NCBI GenBank assembly: GCA_965221165.1
Contig: CBDCRP010000003.1
Coordinates: 2,016,001 to 2,080,000 of the forward strand
From: a bacterium
GTDB lineage: Bacteria; UBA8248
Direction: 5' to 3'
Length of the DNA stretch: 64,000 bases
Every line of letters begins with the position of its first letter. Within the stretch, counting starts at the first letter, position 1. The translations under genes and the position numbers were made by a program. The notes under the pieces were generated by a model that saw only the letters and a list, made by a program, of their open reading frames with translations, ran no database searches and was not told where the DNA came from. Positions 39,853 to 48,999 of this stretch are shown here, piece by piece.

Positions 39853-40929
39853 ATGCCCGAGTTGAGATACGACCCGCATCGCGGCGAATGGACGCTCATC
39901 GCACCCGGCAGGAGCGCGCGTCCGCATCCCGCACACTACGCAAGAGCCACGCCTGCGCAAGATGACCCGGCCTGTCCCTTCTGCCCGGGCAACGAGAGCG
40001 AAACGCCGCCCGAGGTCGCCGCCATCAGGGAAGAGAAAAGCGCGGAGAACGCGCTCGGCTGGCGCGCGCGCTGCGTGACGAACAAATACCCCGCAGTCGG
40101 GAGCGGAGAGCTCACCCGCACGGGAGAGGATGTTTTTTCATCTCTCAAGGGCGGGGGGCGTCACGAGGTGCTCATCGATTCGCCCCATCACACGAAGGGC
40201 CTGGCCGATTTGGGCGACGCGCATGCGGCCAGCGTCCTGCGCTTGCTGCAAGGCAGGGCGCGGGCGCTCATGGAGGACCCTTGCGTCCGCTACGTCTACG
40301 CCTTCAAGAATCATGGCGCGATGGCGGGCGCATCCATCCTCCACTCGCATTTCCAGATACTCGGCCTTCCGGTCCAGGCGGGCGGCGTCGAGAGAAAACG
40401 AGAACGTGAGGCCGCCTTCCACAACGAGCGAAAATCCGCGCTTTTGGATTACATGCTCGAGGCGGAGTTCGAGAACGAAGAAAGGATGGTGGAAACGGGG
40501 GAGGAGGGAGCCGCCGTCTTTTGTCCCTGGGGCTCGCGCTTTCCCTACCTTGCCTGCATCACCCCCTGGCCGACGGAGGCCGCCTTCACCGAGAGCGCGC
40601 CCGGGGCCATCGCCGCAGTGGGAGCCGCGCTGGCGCGGACCTTAAGACGCTATAAGGAGCTTCTACACGATCCCCCCGTCAACCTTTCTTTCCTGCTGGG
40701 GGCGAAAGAGCCGGACGAAAATACACGGGCGCATCGCTGGCACATCGAACTTTTTCCCCGTCTCACGCCCCTGGCGGGCCTCGAGACGGGCCTGGGCGCG
40801 CACATCAACGAGGTGACGCCGGAGCGCGCCGCCGATGAATTAAGAGGCGCCGGTTTCGGGAAGTGCGCCTTATCGTCTTCATCATCTTCTTCCTGTTTTC
40901 ACAGAGGACCCGCAAATGAACAAAAATAA
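39853..40929 (+). CDS. galT: galactose-1-phosphate uridylyltransferase-like (GalT/HIT family)
   Basis: ELRYDP..RSARP, CPFCPGNE, NKYP, FKNHG..AGASILHSHFQ. Confidence 0.8.
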   Translation: MPELRYDPHRGEWTLIAPGRSARPHPAHYARATPAQDDPACPFCPGNESETPPEVAAIREEKSAENALGWRARCVTNKYPAVGSGELTRTGEDVFSSLKGGGRHEVLIDSPHHTKGLADLGDAHAASVLRLLQGRARALMEDPCVRYVYAFKNHGAMAGASILHSHFQILGLPVQAGGVERKREREAAFHNERKSALLDYMLEAEFENEERMVETGEEGAAVFCPWGSRFPYLACITPWPTEAAFTESAPGAIAAVGAALARTLRRYKELLHDPPVNLSFLLGAKEPDENTRAHRWHIELFPRLTPLAGLETGLGAHINEVTPERAADELRGAGFGKCALSSSSSSSCFHRGPANEQK

Positions 40930-41971
40930 TCCGCAAAAATCCGCTTCTTTTCTGACGGGCGGCGACATCGCGCCCGACAGGGCTTCGGCCAAGGGCATGT
41001 TCGGCCGCCTGGGGAAACTGTTCCGGGACGCTGATTTTTCCTTCGCGAACCTGGAGAATGCGCTCTCCACGCGCGGCGAACTCATGAAGGGAAAGCCGAC
41101 CCGCCACCGGGGACACCCGGCGCTCGTGGCGGGTCTGGTGGATGCCGGTTTCGACGCGGTGGGAATCGCGAACAACCACATGCTCGACTTTGGCGTCCCT
41201 TCTCTCGAGCAGACGATGATGACGCTGCGCCGCGCCGCCATCCCCTTCACGGGCGCGGGCATGACTATCGAGGAGGCGGGAAAGCCTGCTATCCTGGAGC
41301 GCGGGGGACTGCGCGTCGGCCTGCTCGCCTACTCGTCCGTATTGCCGCAGGGCCATTCGGCGGGCCCGGAGGAGGCCGGCGTGAATCCGCTGCGCGTCAA
41401 AACCTCCTACACGCCGCTGAGAAACCTGGATGAATACCCGGCGTCCGAGCCCATCATCCACTCATGGGCGGTGACGGAAGACCTCGAGCGAATGAAGGAG
41501 GACATCGGGCGGCTCAAGAGCCGGGCCGACCTGGTTTTCGTCTACCAGCACTGGGGGGCGAGCATGCGCCACGAGGTGCACGAGCACCAGAGGGAGATCG
41601 GACACGCGGCGATCGACGCGGGCGCCGGCGCCGTTTTCGGCGGTCATCAGCACGTGCTCTCCGGCATCGAGTTCTATCATGGCCGCCCCATCGTCCACTG
41701 CACGGGGAATTTGATTTTCGACGAGATCGAGCCGTTCTTCACGGATGCGGCGAGCCAGACGTTTCTGCTGGGAGGACGGATGGATCAAGGAGGGGTGAGC
41801 GACCTCTACCTCATCCCCTGCCGCTGCGGCGTGGGCGGGGCGTCGCGGTTGCTCTCGCCGATGCGCGGAGAGGGCCGGAAGATCGTGAGCACGATGCAAA
41901 AACTCTCCACCCCCTACGGGACGGACGTCTCGATCAGGGACGGGGAGGTGGCCGTTTCGCCCCTCACCTAA
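40916..41971 (+). CDS. CapA/PgsA family metallophosphatase-fold protein
   Basis: GDI, ANLE, ANNHMLDFG, HWG, GGHQHV, GNLIF. Confidence 0.88.
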   Translation: MNKNNPQKSASFLTGGDIAPDRASAKGMFGRLGKLFRDADFSFANLENALSTRGELMKGKPTRHRGHPALVAGLVDAGFDAVGIANNHMLDFGVPSLEQTMMTLRRAAIPFTGAGMTIEEAGKPAILERGGLRVGLLAYSSVLPQGHSAGPEEAGVNPLRVKTSYTPLRNLDEYPASEPIIHSWAVTEDLERMKEDIGRLKSRADLVFVYQHWGASMRHEVHEHQREIGHAAIDAGAGAVFGGHQHVLSGIEFYHGRPIVHCTGNLIFDEIEPFFTDAASQTFLLGGRMDQGGVSDLYLIPCRCGVGGASRLLSPMRGEGRKIVSTMQKLSTPYGTDVSIRDGEVAVSPLT

Positions 41972-41978
41972 AACACGA

Positions 41979-42001
41979 AAGGCCCGCAAATAGCGGGCCT
42001 T
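41979..42001. terminator. hairpin terminator between convergent genes
   Basis: AAGGCCCGC-AAATA-GCGGGCCTT. Confidence 0.7.
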
Positions 42002-42022
42002 GGTGCGCTGGATTCGCTCGCT

Positions 42023-42421
42023 CTAAAGCGCGCGCTCCATGAGGCTTCGTATGCTCGCCTTGTCCACGTCACCCGTCGAGCGGCCCTTTTCCTGCGCACC
42101 CTTGAAGACGAGTATCGTCGACTGCCAGCGAACTTTGTGCGCCTTGAGAAAATCGCGCTGGGTGTCGAATTGCACTTCGAACGTGGCGGCGTTTGCGAAC
42201 TTCTTCTCTTCCATCAGGGACTGTAGCAGCGGCACCTGCTGCCTGCAGGTCCCTCACCAGTCGGTGTGGACGGCCACGAAAATCGTTTTTCCGTCCTTTT
42301 GGGCGCTGGCGAACGCTTTGCCGTCGTAGGGCTTCCACAGGCCTCCGGCGAAAGCGGCCCGCGGGAGAACCAGGGCGGCGGCGAGCAGGAACAGGGCGAT
42401 CACAAGCATGGGGCGTCGCAT
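42023..42421 (-). CDS. exported thioredoxin-like selenoprotein (UxxC; TGA 42254-42256)
   Basis: Signal peptide; VAVHTDW-U-GTCRQQVPLL...QSTILVFKG; two ORF-track fragments join in frame. Confidence 0.85.
42225..42243 (-). promoter_or_regulatory. putative bacterial SECIS hairpin of the thioredoxin gene
   Basis: GGCAGC-AGGUGCC-GCUGCU stem starting 10 nt after UGA. Confidence 0.55.
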
Positions 42422-42517
42422 TTGCTTGGCTCCTCTGATATTTAAGCGGCTTTTCATTCTCATTTCTTCGATATTGTAGCATGATTTTCGGGCGAGTCCC
42501 CGAAATTTCCCAAACCC

Positions 42518-43276
42518 CTAGTTCACGTACTGCCCGCCGTTCACGTCGATGGTGACGCCCGTGGCGTAGCCCGAACCCGGCGTGGAAAAATACCAGATCG
42601 CGTCGGCGATATCATCAGGCTCCCCGCCGAAGCCCACCGGCAGACTCGCCACCAGCGCGGGCACGCGCTCTCCGTGCACCAGGCGAAACCGCTTGGTGAG
42701 CGTGACGCCCGGGGCCACGGCGTTCACCGTGATGCCGTGGGGAGCGAGTTCCACCGAGAGTCTTCTCGTAAAGCCCTGCATCGCGGACTTCGCGGCGCTG
42801 TAGACCAGCGATATGCTCGGGAGGGCGTCGCGCGCGGAGATGGAGGATATGTTCACGATGCGGCCATAACCCCTCTCTTTCATCGGGGCCGCCGCCGCCC
42901 GGGAGGCGAGATAACAACTCGTCAGGTTCCAGTCCACGATCTTCGTCCACTCCGCCTCGTCGAGGTCCTCGATATTCGACACCTCCACGAAACCGCCCGC
43001 GCAGTTCACCAGAATGTCCAGGCGGCCCCAGGTGCCGAGCGTCCGGGCGAAAAGAAGGTCGATGTCTTCTTTCCGGGCGGCGTCACCCGAGACGTAGATG
43101 GCGTCGCCGTGCGCGCCGACGGTGGCGAGCGCTGCTGTTCCTCGCTCCGGGTCGCGCCCCATGATGGCCACCTTCGCGCCCTCGTCCGCGAAACGTATCG
43201 CCGTCGCGAGGCCGATGCCGTCCGTGGCGCCCGTGATGATGGCGACGTGATCTTTTATCGAGGATCGCTCGTGCAT
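42518..43276 (-). CDS. SDR family oxidoreductase (FabG-like)
   Basis: TGATDGIG, YSAAK, VAPG, DVNGG. Confidence 0.9.
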   Translation of the reverse strand: MHERSSIKDHVAIITGATDGIGLATAIRFADEGAKVAIMGRDPERGTAALATVGAHGDAIYVSGDAARKEDIDLLFARTLGTWGRLDILVNCAGGFVEVSNIEDLDEAEWTKIVDWNLTSCYLASRAAAAPMKERGYGRIVNISSISARDALPSISLVYSAAKSAMQGFTRRLSVELAPHGITVNAVAPGVTLTKRFRLVHGERVPALVASLPVGFGGEPDDIADAIWYFSTPGSGYATGVTIDVNGGQYVN

Positions 43277-43289
43277 GGGAAACCCCCTT

Positions 43290-44063
43290 CTAGTGGACGT
43301 ACCTTCCGCCGTTGACGTCGAGCGTCACGCCCGTCACGTAGCGCGCCTCGGGTCTGGCGAGATACCACACGGCGTCGGCGATGTCCGCGGCGTCCGCCAC
43401 GCGGCCCACCGGTATCTTGGAGAGTATCTCGGGCAGTCTGTCCTTGTGGAGGACGCCCGTCCTCGGAGTGAGCACGACGCCCGGAGCCACCGTGTTCACC
43501 GTGACGCCGTGGGGCGCCAACTCGACCGCCAGACGCCTGCAGAAACCGAACAAGCCCGCCTTGGCCGCGCTGTAGGCGAGGCCCGTCTCGATAACGGCGT
43601 CGCGGCCCGACTGGGAGGATATGTTCACGATGCGGCCATAGCCGGCTTTCTTCATGGCGGGCGCCGCCGCGCGCGCGCACAGGTAGGCGCTCTTCAGGTT
43701 CAGGTCCACGACCCGGCGCCAATGCGCCTCGTCCAGATCCTCGACCCCCGGGTTCTCCACGAAGCCGCCCGCGCAGTTCACCAGAATGTCGAGACGCCCC
43801 CAGTCGACGAGCGCCTCTTCCACGGCCGCCTTGACCTCGTTCGCCGAGGTGGCGTCCGTATTGATGAAGCGGACGTCGCCCCCTGCATCGCTTATCCGCC
43901 GCGCGGTCGCCTCGCCCACCGCCTCGTCGAGGTCCAGCAGCCCGACGCGCGCGCCCTCATGCGCCAGACGCTCGACTATCGCTTCGCCGATGCCCACCGC
44001 GCCCGCCGTCACGAGCGCCACATGCCCCTGAATCGAGGATTTGCCTTTCATCTCGTCCGTCAC
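43290..44063 (-). CDS. SDR family oxidoreductase (FabG-like), tandem paralog
   Basis: TAGAVGIG, WGRLDILVNCAGGFVE shared with the neighbour, YSAAK. Confidence 0.9.
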   Translation of the reverse strand: MTDEMKGKSSIQGHVALVTAGAVGIGEAIVERLAHEGARVGLLDLDEAVGEATARRISDAGGDVRFINTDATSANEVKAAVEEALVDWGRLDILVNCAGGFVENPGVEDLDEAHWRRVVDLNLKSAYLCARAAAPAMKKAGYGRIVNISSQSGRDAVIETGLAYSAAKAGLFGFCRRLAVELAPHGVTVNTVAPGVVLTPRTGVLHKDRLPEILSKIPVGRVADAADIADAVWYLARPEARYVTGVTLDVNGGRYVH

Positions 44064-44091
44064 CTCTCTTGCGCAAGCGGATTTCTTTGGG

Positions 44092-44343
44092 TTATGGCTC
44101 CCGCTCCGACGCGCGAATCAGCAAAAAGCCCTCATAGGCGAGCAGAGAAACCGCAAACGGCACCATAACCAGCCACAGGGTCCCGCTCTCCAGTCCGCTG
44201 CCCGCCATCTTGGCCAGATAGTTATATGCGTACAAATGAACCAGCGCCCCGACCAGGACCGCCGCCATGAGCCGGGACCATACGGTTCCGCCTTTCACCG
44301 CATCAAGAATTTTGTCAACGAAAACGAGCGCCCGGGCGCCCAT
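44092..44343 (-). CDS. hypothetical small membrane protein
   Basis: 83 aa, two hydrophobic segments, co-oriented with neighbours. Confidence 0.5.
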   Translation of the reverse strand: MGARALVFVDKILDAVKGGTVWSRLMAAVLVGALVHLYAYNYLAKMAGSGLESGTLWLVMVPFAVSLLAYEGFLLIRASEREP

Positions 44344-44395
44344 GGCCCGCCGGTAAAAGCCGGATTATAGCGTATCGCTCAGGCTTTGAAAGCGG

Positions 44396-44992
44396 CTACC
44401 CCGCTTGCGCGGAGGCGAAATAGGTGTTGCCGTCGAAATCCCACCACCGGGCTCTTAGAAAGCCCGCCTCGCTCAATTCCGCCACGAGCTCTCCGGGCTC
44501 GATGCGTGCCTCCAGGGGCGGCCCCATGTCCATGGGTTTCCTGTGCCAGTCGATCAATGTGATGACGGCGTTTTTCCCCATCGTGCGCCTTGACTCGGCG
44601 AGCAGGGGCTGGACGTCGGCCATCCCGTGAAGCACGAACGCGACGAGGGCGAAGTCCGCACTCGCGTCCGGGAAAGGAACCCGGGGATTCTCGCACCGCT
44701 TCGCCGTCAGGTGGGCGTAGCCGCGCTCTTTCGCCTGCGCGCGGAGTTCGTCGATCATCACGGGGGAGGTGTCGCACGCGAGCACGCGTCCGTATTTTCC
44801 CACGACGCCGCAGGCGGGTATCGAGAAATACCCGGGGCCGCAGCCGACGTCCAGGAAACTCATGCCGCGCTTGAGGCCTAAGGCGCGCAGCGTCTTGGCC
44901 GGCGGCATGGCCCGTCGTCTTCCCCTGGTGAGCAGGAGGTGGCGGTTGCGGACGGGAAGCGACCACCGTGTCCGTGAGGCCGCCTCGCTCAA
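44396..44992 (-). CDS. class I SAM-dependent methyltransferase
   Basis: FLDVGCGPGY, PFPDASADF, LIDW. Confidence 0.85.
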   Translation of the reverse strand: MSEAASRTRWSLPVRNRHLLLTRGRRRAMPPAKTLRALGLKRGMSFLDVGCGPGYFSIPACGVVGKYGRVLACDTSPVMIDELRAQAKERGYAHLTAKRCENPRVPFPDASADFALVAFVLHGMADVQPLLAESRRTMGKNAVITLIDWHRKPMDMGPPLEARIEPGELVAELSEAGFLRARWWDFDGNTYFASAQAG

Positions 44993-46080
44993 GCCTCATC
45001 CTCGAGATAGCCGCCGAGCGCCTCGCGGATGAAGCCGTCGGGGTGTCCCTCCCGGATGAGCATGAAGCCCTCCGCCAGGCATTCGAGCTTTCTGCGCTCC
45101 CTGTCGAGGCGCGTCTGGCCCCTTCGGCTCAGGAGCCTCTCGACGTCCTCTATCGAGGCGCCCTCGAGCGCCCACTTGAGCCCCGTCTTGAGAAGGGGCT
45201 CCTGAATCCATTCGAGACGCTCCGCAATCGCGCCGCCTTCATCGCGGCCGGCGAGACCGGCGAGTTCCACGCACAGGCTGATGATGTCGACCGTCGTCTG
45301 GGCCGAGGGAGAAAACCGGACGCCGGGCAGACGCTCGTAATCCGCCTCGCCCTCCGGGAGGAAGGCGACGAGCCTCGCCCGCACGCGATCCTCGCCCACG
45401 CCCTCGAGTATCGCGAGCGCGCCCTCGATGGCGATTTCCCTGTTCCTCTCCACCGCGGCGAGGGAGGACTCGATTTGCCGCGAGAGGATCATCTCGGCCT
45501 CGTCCCAGCGCATCTGGTCCACCAGCATCCGAAGACCGATGGAGAAAATCCCGTCCGGGCTTCTCTCCAGGATGGGCTCGAGAGAGAGCAGGCCGTGCTG
45601 CTCCGCCCGGGAGGCCAGGGCGACGACCAGCGAAACCGCTTGTTCGGCCCTGCTCTCGGAGGAGTGAAACGCGGCGAGCAGTTCCTCGAGCTTCCGATCC
45701 AGCGGGGGAATGGCGTCGTCGGCAGGGCCTTCGAAGGTAATTTCGCCACGCTTTTTCATGGAGTAGGCGGTTTGCCTCAGGATTTGGCGCGCTTCGGCGC
45801 GGCGCTCGATTTCCTCGACGCCGGATCGCTCGATGTCCTCGCGAATGCGGACCGCGTTCTTCGAAGAAACGTTTCTGAGAAACCGCTCCACCTCGCGCGC
45901 CTCGGCATCGCGAAGCGCCAGGGCGAGGATTTCGGGGTCCATCCGCTCGATGATGCGCCGCAGCGCGCGGCCCGACATCTCCGCAAAGGGCAGCGTGTCG
46001 GGAATCTCTTCCGGGGGGGTGAAATGATAGCCCGGGCCTTCCGCCTCACTGTCCATCCAGCTATCTCCGTCCAGACTCAT
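44989..46080 (-). CDS. FliG C-terminal domain protein with two MotA-cytoplasmic-like repeats
   Basis: LRRIIERMDPEILALALR...FLRNVSSKNAVRIREDIE (FliG_C-like); ASRAEQHGLLSLE...IFSIGLRMLVD and EPLLKTGLKWALEG (MotA loop-like); GGAGG RBS. Confidence 0.65.
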   Translation of the reverse strand: MSLDGDSWMDSEAEGPGYHFTPPEEIPDTLPFAEMSGRALRRIIERMDPEILALALRDAEAREVERFLRNVSSKNAVRIREDIERSGVEEIERRAEARQILRQTAYSMKKRGEITFEGPADDAIPPLDRKLEELLAAFHSSESRAEQAVSLVVALASRAEQHGLLSLEPILERSPDGIFSIGLRMLVDQMRWDEAEMILSRQIESSLAAVERNREIAIEGALAILEGVGEDRVRARLVAFLPEGEADYERLPGVRFSPSAQTTVDIISLCVELAGLAGRDEGGAIAERLEWIQEPLLKTGLKWALEGASIEDVERLLSRRGQTRLDRERRKLECLAEGFMLIREGHPDGFIREALGGYLEDEA

Positions 46081-46164
46081 TTTCTCACCTCCGCGGCTTT
46101 TGGGGAGCGGACGCCGGTGGAGCCGGCGGGGTCGTTTCAAAGCATCGCCAGAGCATCTTTCGCG

Positions 46165-47805
46165 TCAATTCTCCTCGGCCAGCTTGGGCGGCTGTATGGA
46201 GCGGTTCACGTAAAACTGCTGCGCGATGGAGAGCAGGTTGTTCACCAGCCAGTAGATCACCAGACCCACGGGCACGGGATAGAAGATGAACATGCCCGTG
46301 AAGACGATGGGCATGAACATCATCATCTTCGCCTGGGTGGGGTCGCCCGCCGTGGGCGTCATCCTCTGCTGCAGGAACATCGACGCGCCCATGAGTATCG
46401 TATACACGTGGTAGGGATCCTGCACCGAGAGGTCCTGCACCCAGCCGAAAAAGGGCGCGTTGCGCAACTCTATCGACACCAGAAGCGCCTCGTAAAGACC
46501 GAAGAAGACGGGGATCTGTATGATCATGGGCAGGCAGCCCATCATCGGGTTGACCTTGTGCTCCTTATACAAGGCCATGGTCTGCTCGTTCAGCCTGTTC
46601 TTGTCGTCCTTGTAAATCTCACGCAGTTGCGTGATGCGCGGCTGGAGCTTCTGCATTTCCTTCATGTTGCGCATGCTGACGTGGGTGAGGGGATAGAAAA
46701 TGATCTTTACCAGAATCGTCAACAAGATGATGGCCACGCCCCAGTTGCCCGCGATCCCGTGAAAAAAGCGCAGAACCGACATGAGCGGCTTGGCGATGAA
46801 GGAGAATATCCCGTAATCGAGAGAATCCTCCAGGTTGACCTTGAGCTTTTCAAGGCTCTCCACCGCCTTCGGCCCCACGTAGACGTCGAAGACCGCCTCG
46901 ATGTCCTTTCCCTGTGAGAGGGGAACGATGGCGGCGTATTCGCTGAGCTTGTCCGTCTGGCTGAGCAGGCGAATCTCCGCGCCGCCCGCACCGCTTCGGG
47001 GGATGAGCGCCGCGATGAAGTGCTTCGACTGGAGCGAAGTCCACTTGAGGCCCTCGCCGTGGGTGATGACTTTTCCCTCCTCGGGATAGTCGTATTCGAG
47101 TTCCTCGCCCACGAAGCTCATCGGTCCTTCGATGACGCCCCCATAGGTGTTGCCGTCGCTTCCGCCCACGCGCGGGCCCCAGACGATTCCCATGGCTTCG
47201 TTGCCGGAAGGTCGGGTGACGCGAATTTTCGTCTGGATGTTGTAGTCGTTGTGGCGGAAGGTGAGCGCCTTATCCGCAGAGAGGCCATCCGCCCCCCGGT
47301 AGACGAACCGGACCGTCCCCTCGGGATTCGTCCTGGAAAGCGAGAGATCGCCGCCTTCGACCTGGTAGGCCGCCTCGTTGAGTCTCTGCGCCGTCTGGCC
47401 GCCCCAGAAGAAAAGAGGCCGCACGTCCGCGCGGCCCGCGGGCACGAGTTCGACGAATTTCTTCTTGCCCTCTTTGTACTTGAGAAGACGCGCGGACAAA
47501 AAACCGGCGCCCCGGTTGGTCAGTTCATACACGGCGTCGCCCACGTCCACCCGAACGCGCCGCTGCGGAGCGGTATCCGTGGGCGCGGAAACGAGGGGCG
47601 CGATCGGTTGTCCGGCGGCGGAGGCCGGCGCCTCGAGCGGCGCGCTGGCAGCGCTCGTTCGCCCTTTGTTGCGGGCCGCCGTGCGCGCCTTGGTCACCTT
47701 TTGCTTCTGGACCTGCTCGTCTTCCATCGGCTTCACGACGAGATATTGCCAGCCAATCAGTATCGCCATCGATAAGACGGCGGCGAGAATCGCGTTTTTT
47801 TCCAT
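46165..47805 (-). CDS. yidC: membrane protein insertase YidC
   Basis: GNWGVAIILLT, KVNPMMGCLPMIIQIPVF, WVQDLS. Confidence 0.97.
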   Translation of the reverse strand: MEKNAILAAVLSMAILIGWQYLVVKPMEDEQVQKQKVTKARTAARNKGRTSAASAPLEAPASAAGQPIAPLVSAPTDTAPQRRVRVDVGDAVYELTNRGAGFLSARLLKYKEGKKKFVELVPAGRADVRPLFFWGGQTAQRLNEAAYQVEGGDLSLSRTNPEGTVRFVYRGADGLSADKALTFRHNDYNIQTKIRVTRPSGNEAMGIVWGPRVGGSDGNTYGGVIEGPMSFVGEELEYDYPEEGKVITHGEGLKWTSLQSKHFIAALIPRSGAGGAEIRLLSQTDKLSEYAAIVPLSQGKDIEAVFDVYVGPKAVESLEKLKVNLEDSLDYGIFSFIAKPLMSVLRFFHGIAGNWGVAIILLTILVKIIFYPLTHVSMRNMKEMQKLQPRITQLREIYKDDKNRLNEQTMALYKEHKVNPMMGCLPMIIQIPVFFGLYEALLVSIELRNAPFFGWVQDLSVQDPYHVYTILMGASMFLQQRMTPTAGDPTQAKMMMFMPIVFTGMFIFYPVPVGLVIYWLVNNLLSIAQQFYVNRSIQPPKLAEEN

Positions 47806-47830
47806 TATGAAAGCGCCTCGGCCGGTTTCC

Positions 47831-48115
47831 CTAGGGAACCGGATCGTCTCCCCCTGGATGAAATGGATGGCAGCGCCCTATCCGGCGAACGGTGAGCCAT
47901 AAGGCCCGCATGGGCGCGTGGCGGCGAAATGCTTCGAGCGCGTAACGAGAACAAGAGGGAGAAAAACGACAACTCCCCGGCATCACGGGAGACAAAACGA
48001 GCTGATACCCCCGAACCAAAGTGATCGCCACGGCGCTCGTGGCCCCCGAGATGGGTCCGATCTCTTTTTTACGACTCTGTTTTTCCCTGGAAAGCGTTGC
48101 GGAACGCCCTTTCAA
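47831..48115 (-). CDS. yidD: membrane protein insertion efficiency factor YidD
   Basis: YQLVLSP, CRFSPSCSRY, RCHPFHPGGDDPVP. Confidence 0.93.
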   Translation of the reverse strand: MKGRSATLSREKQSRKKEIGPISGATSAVAITLVRGYQLVLSPVMPGSCRFSPSCSRYALEAFRRHAPMRALWLTVRRIGRCHPFHPGGDDPVP

Positions 48116-48416
48116 TATCCTCTAGCCTCGCCTTCGCGATCGAGCTTCTCGCCACGGCTACAAGGTCCACCCCCACGGGAAGCTGAGAGCCGTGCCGACG
48201 AAACGCCTCGCGGAGAAGCCGCTTGGCGCGATTCCTGACGACGGCGCCGCCCACCCGGCGCGACGCGATGATGCCGAGGCGCGCGCGACCCCGCGATGGG
48301 GTGGACAAGATATGCAAAGAGAAATACGGGCAACTACGCCTGCGTCCTCGCTTAAGGACGGCGGCGAACTCGCCTCCCTTGCGGATTCTGCGCTCCGGCG
48401 GGAAGCCCTTGTTCAT
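48069..48416 (-). CDS. rnpA: ribonuclease P protein component
   Basis: RLGIIASRRVGGAVVRNRAKRLLRE. Confidence 0.93.
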   Translation of the reverse strand: MNKGFPPERRIRKGGEFAAVLKRGRRRSCPYFSLHILSTPSRGRARLGIIASRRVGGAVVRNRAKRLLREAFRRHGSQLPVGVDLVAVARSSIAKARLEDIERAFRNAFQGKTES

Positions 48417-48459
48417 CTCCGCGCCCTCCCGGCCGGGGACGATGGGACCGGCTCGCCGC

Positions 48460-48600
48460 TTAGGCGGAAACGCCGATGCGTTTGCGGCCCTTGGCCCGGC
48501 GGCGCTTGACGATCGCGCGTCCCCCGGTGGTTTTCATCCGGCGACGAAACCCGTGCGTCTTTACCCGTTTTCTTCTGTTCGGCTGGTAAGTCCGTTTCAC
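48460..48600 (-). CDS. rpmH: 50S ribosomal protein L34
   Basis: Manual translation from GTG: [46 protein letters not shown]; too short for the ORF track. Confidence 0.95.
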   Translation of the reverse strand: MKRTYQPNRRKRVKTHGFRRRMKTTGGRAIVKRRRAKGRKRIGVSA

Positions 48601-48850
48601 CAAACGCTCCATCTGTCGGCATCAAAGCCGATCCTTCAACCCGCCACATAATAATGAAGGGAACTTCTTCAAGAAGCCGAGCGTAAAGTAGCCACCAAAG
48701 CCTTGATTGTCAAGAACCTTTTGCCGGACTTCGCTCGAATGAACTCCTCCTGAACGAGGAGGGCGCCGCCTTCGGCTCCCTTCGCTTTTCCCCCAGAGAG
48801 GCCGTCCTTTTGGTTTGTGAACGCCGAACGCCGAAAATTTTGCCGTTTTT

Positions 48851-48931
48851 TGTGGAAAATGCTTGCTTTTGCTGCCCTGTTTGTGGAAAAATACCCTCCT
48901 GGCTCAATCCTTTCTCTGGCCCTGTGGAAAA
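48851..48931. promoter_or_regulatory. three DnaA boxes upstream of dnaA
   Basis: TGTGGAAAA (reverse complement TTTTCCACA) at 48851, 48882 and 48923. Confidence 0.75.
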
Positions 48932-48999
48932 ACATTGCTTTTGCGCGACCAAAGAGCCCAAGCCGCGCAATGGCCATTGCAAATCGGTTAAAGCCTATA

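Noticed and set aside
48817-48999. Long N-terminal extensions given by the ORF track for dnaA (likewise proX, gyrA, HAD, MBL and the paralogs)
   Set aside because: They overlap promoters, DnaA boxes or neighbouring genes; downstream starts match the family N-termini and mostly have an RBS.
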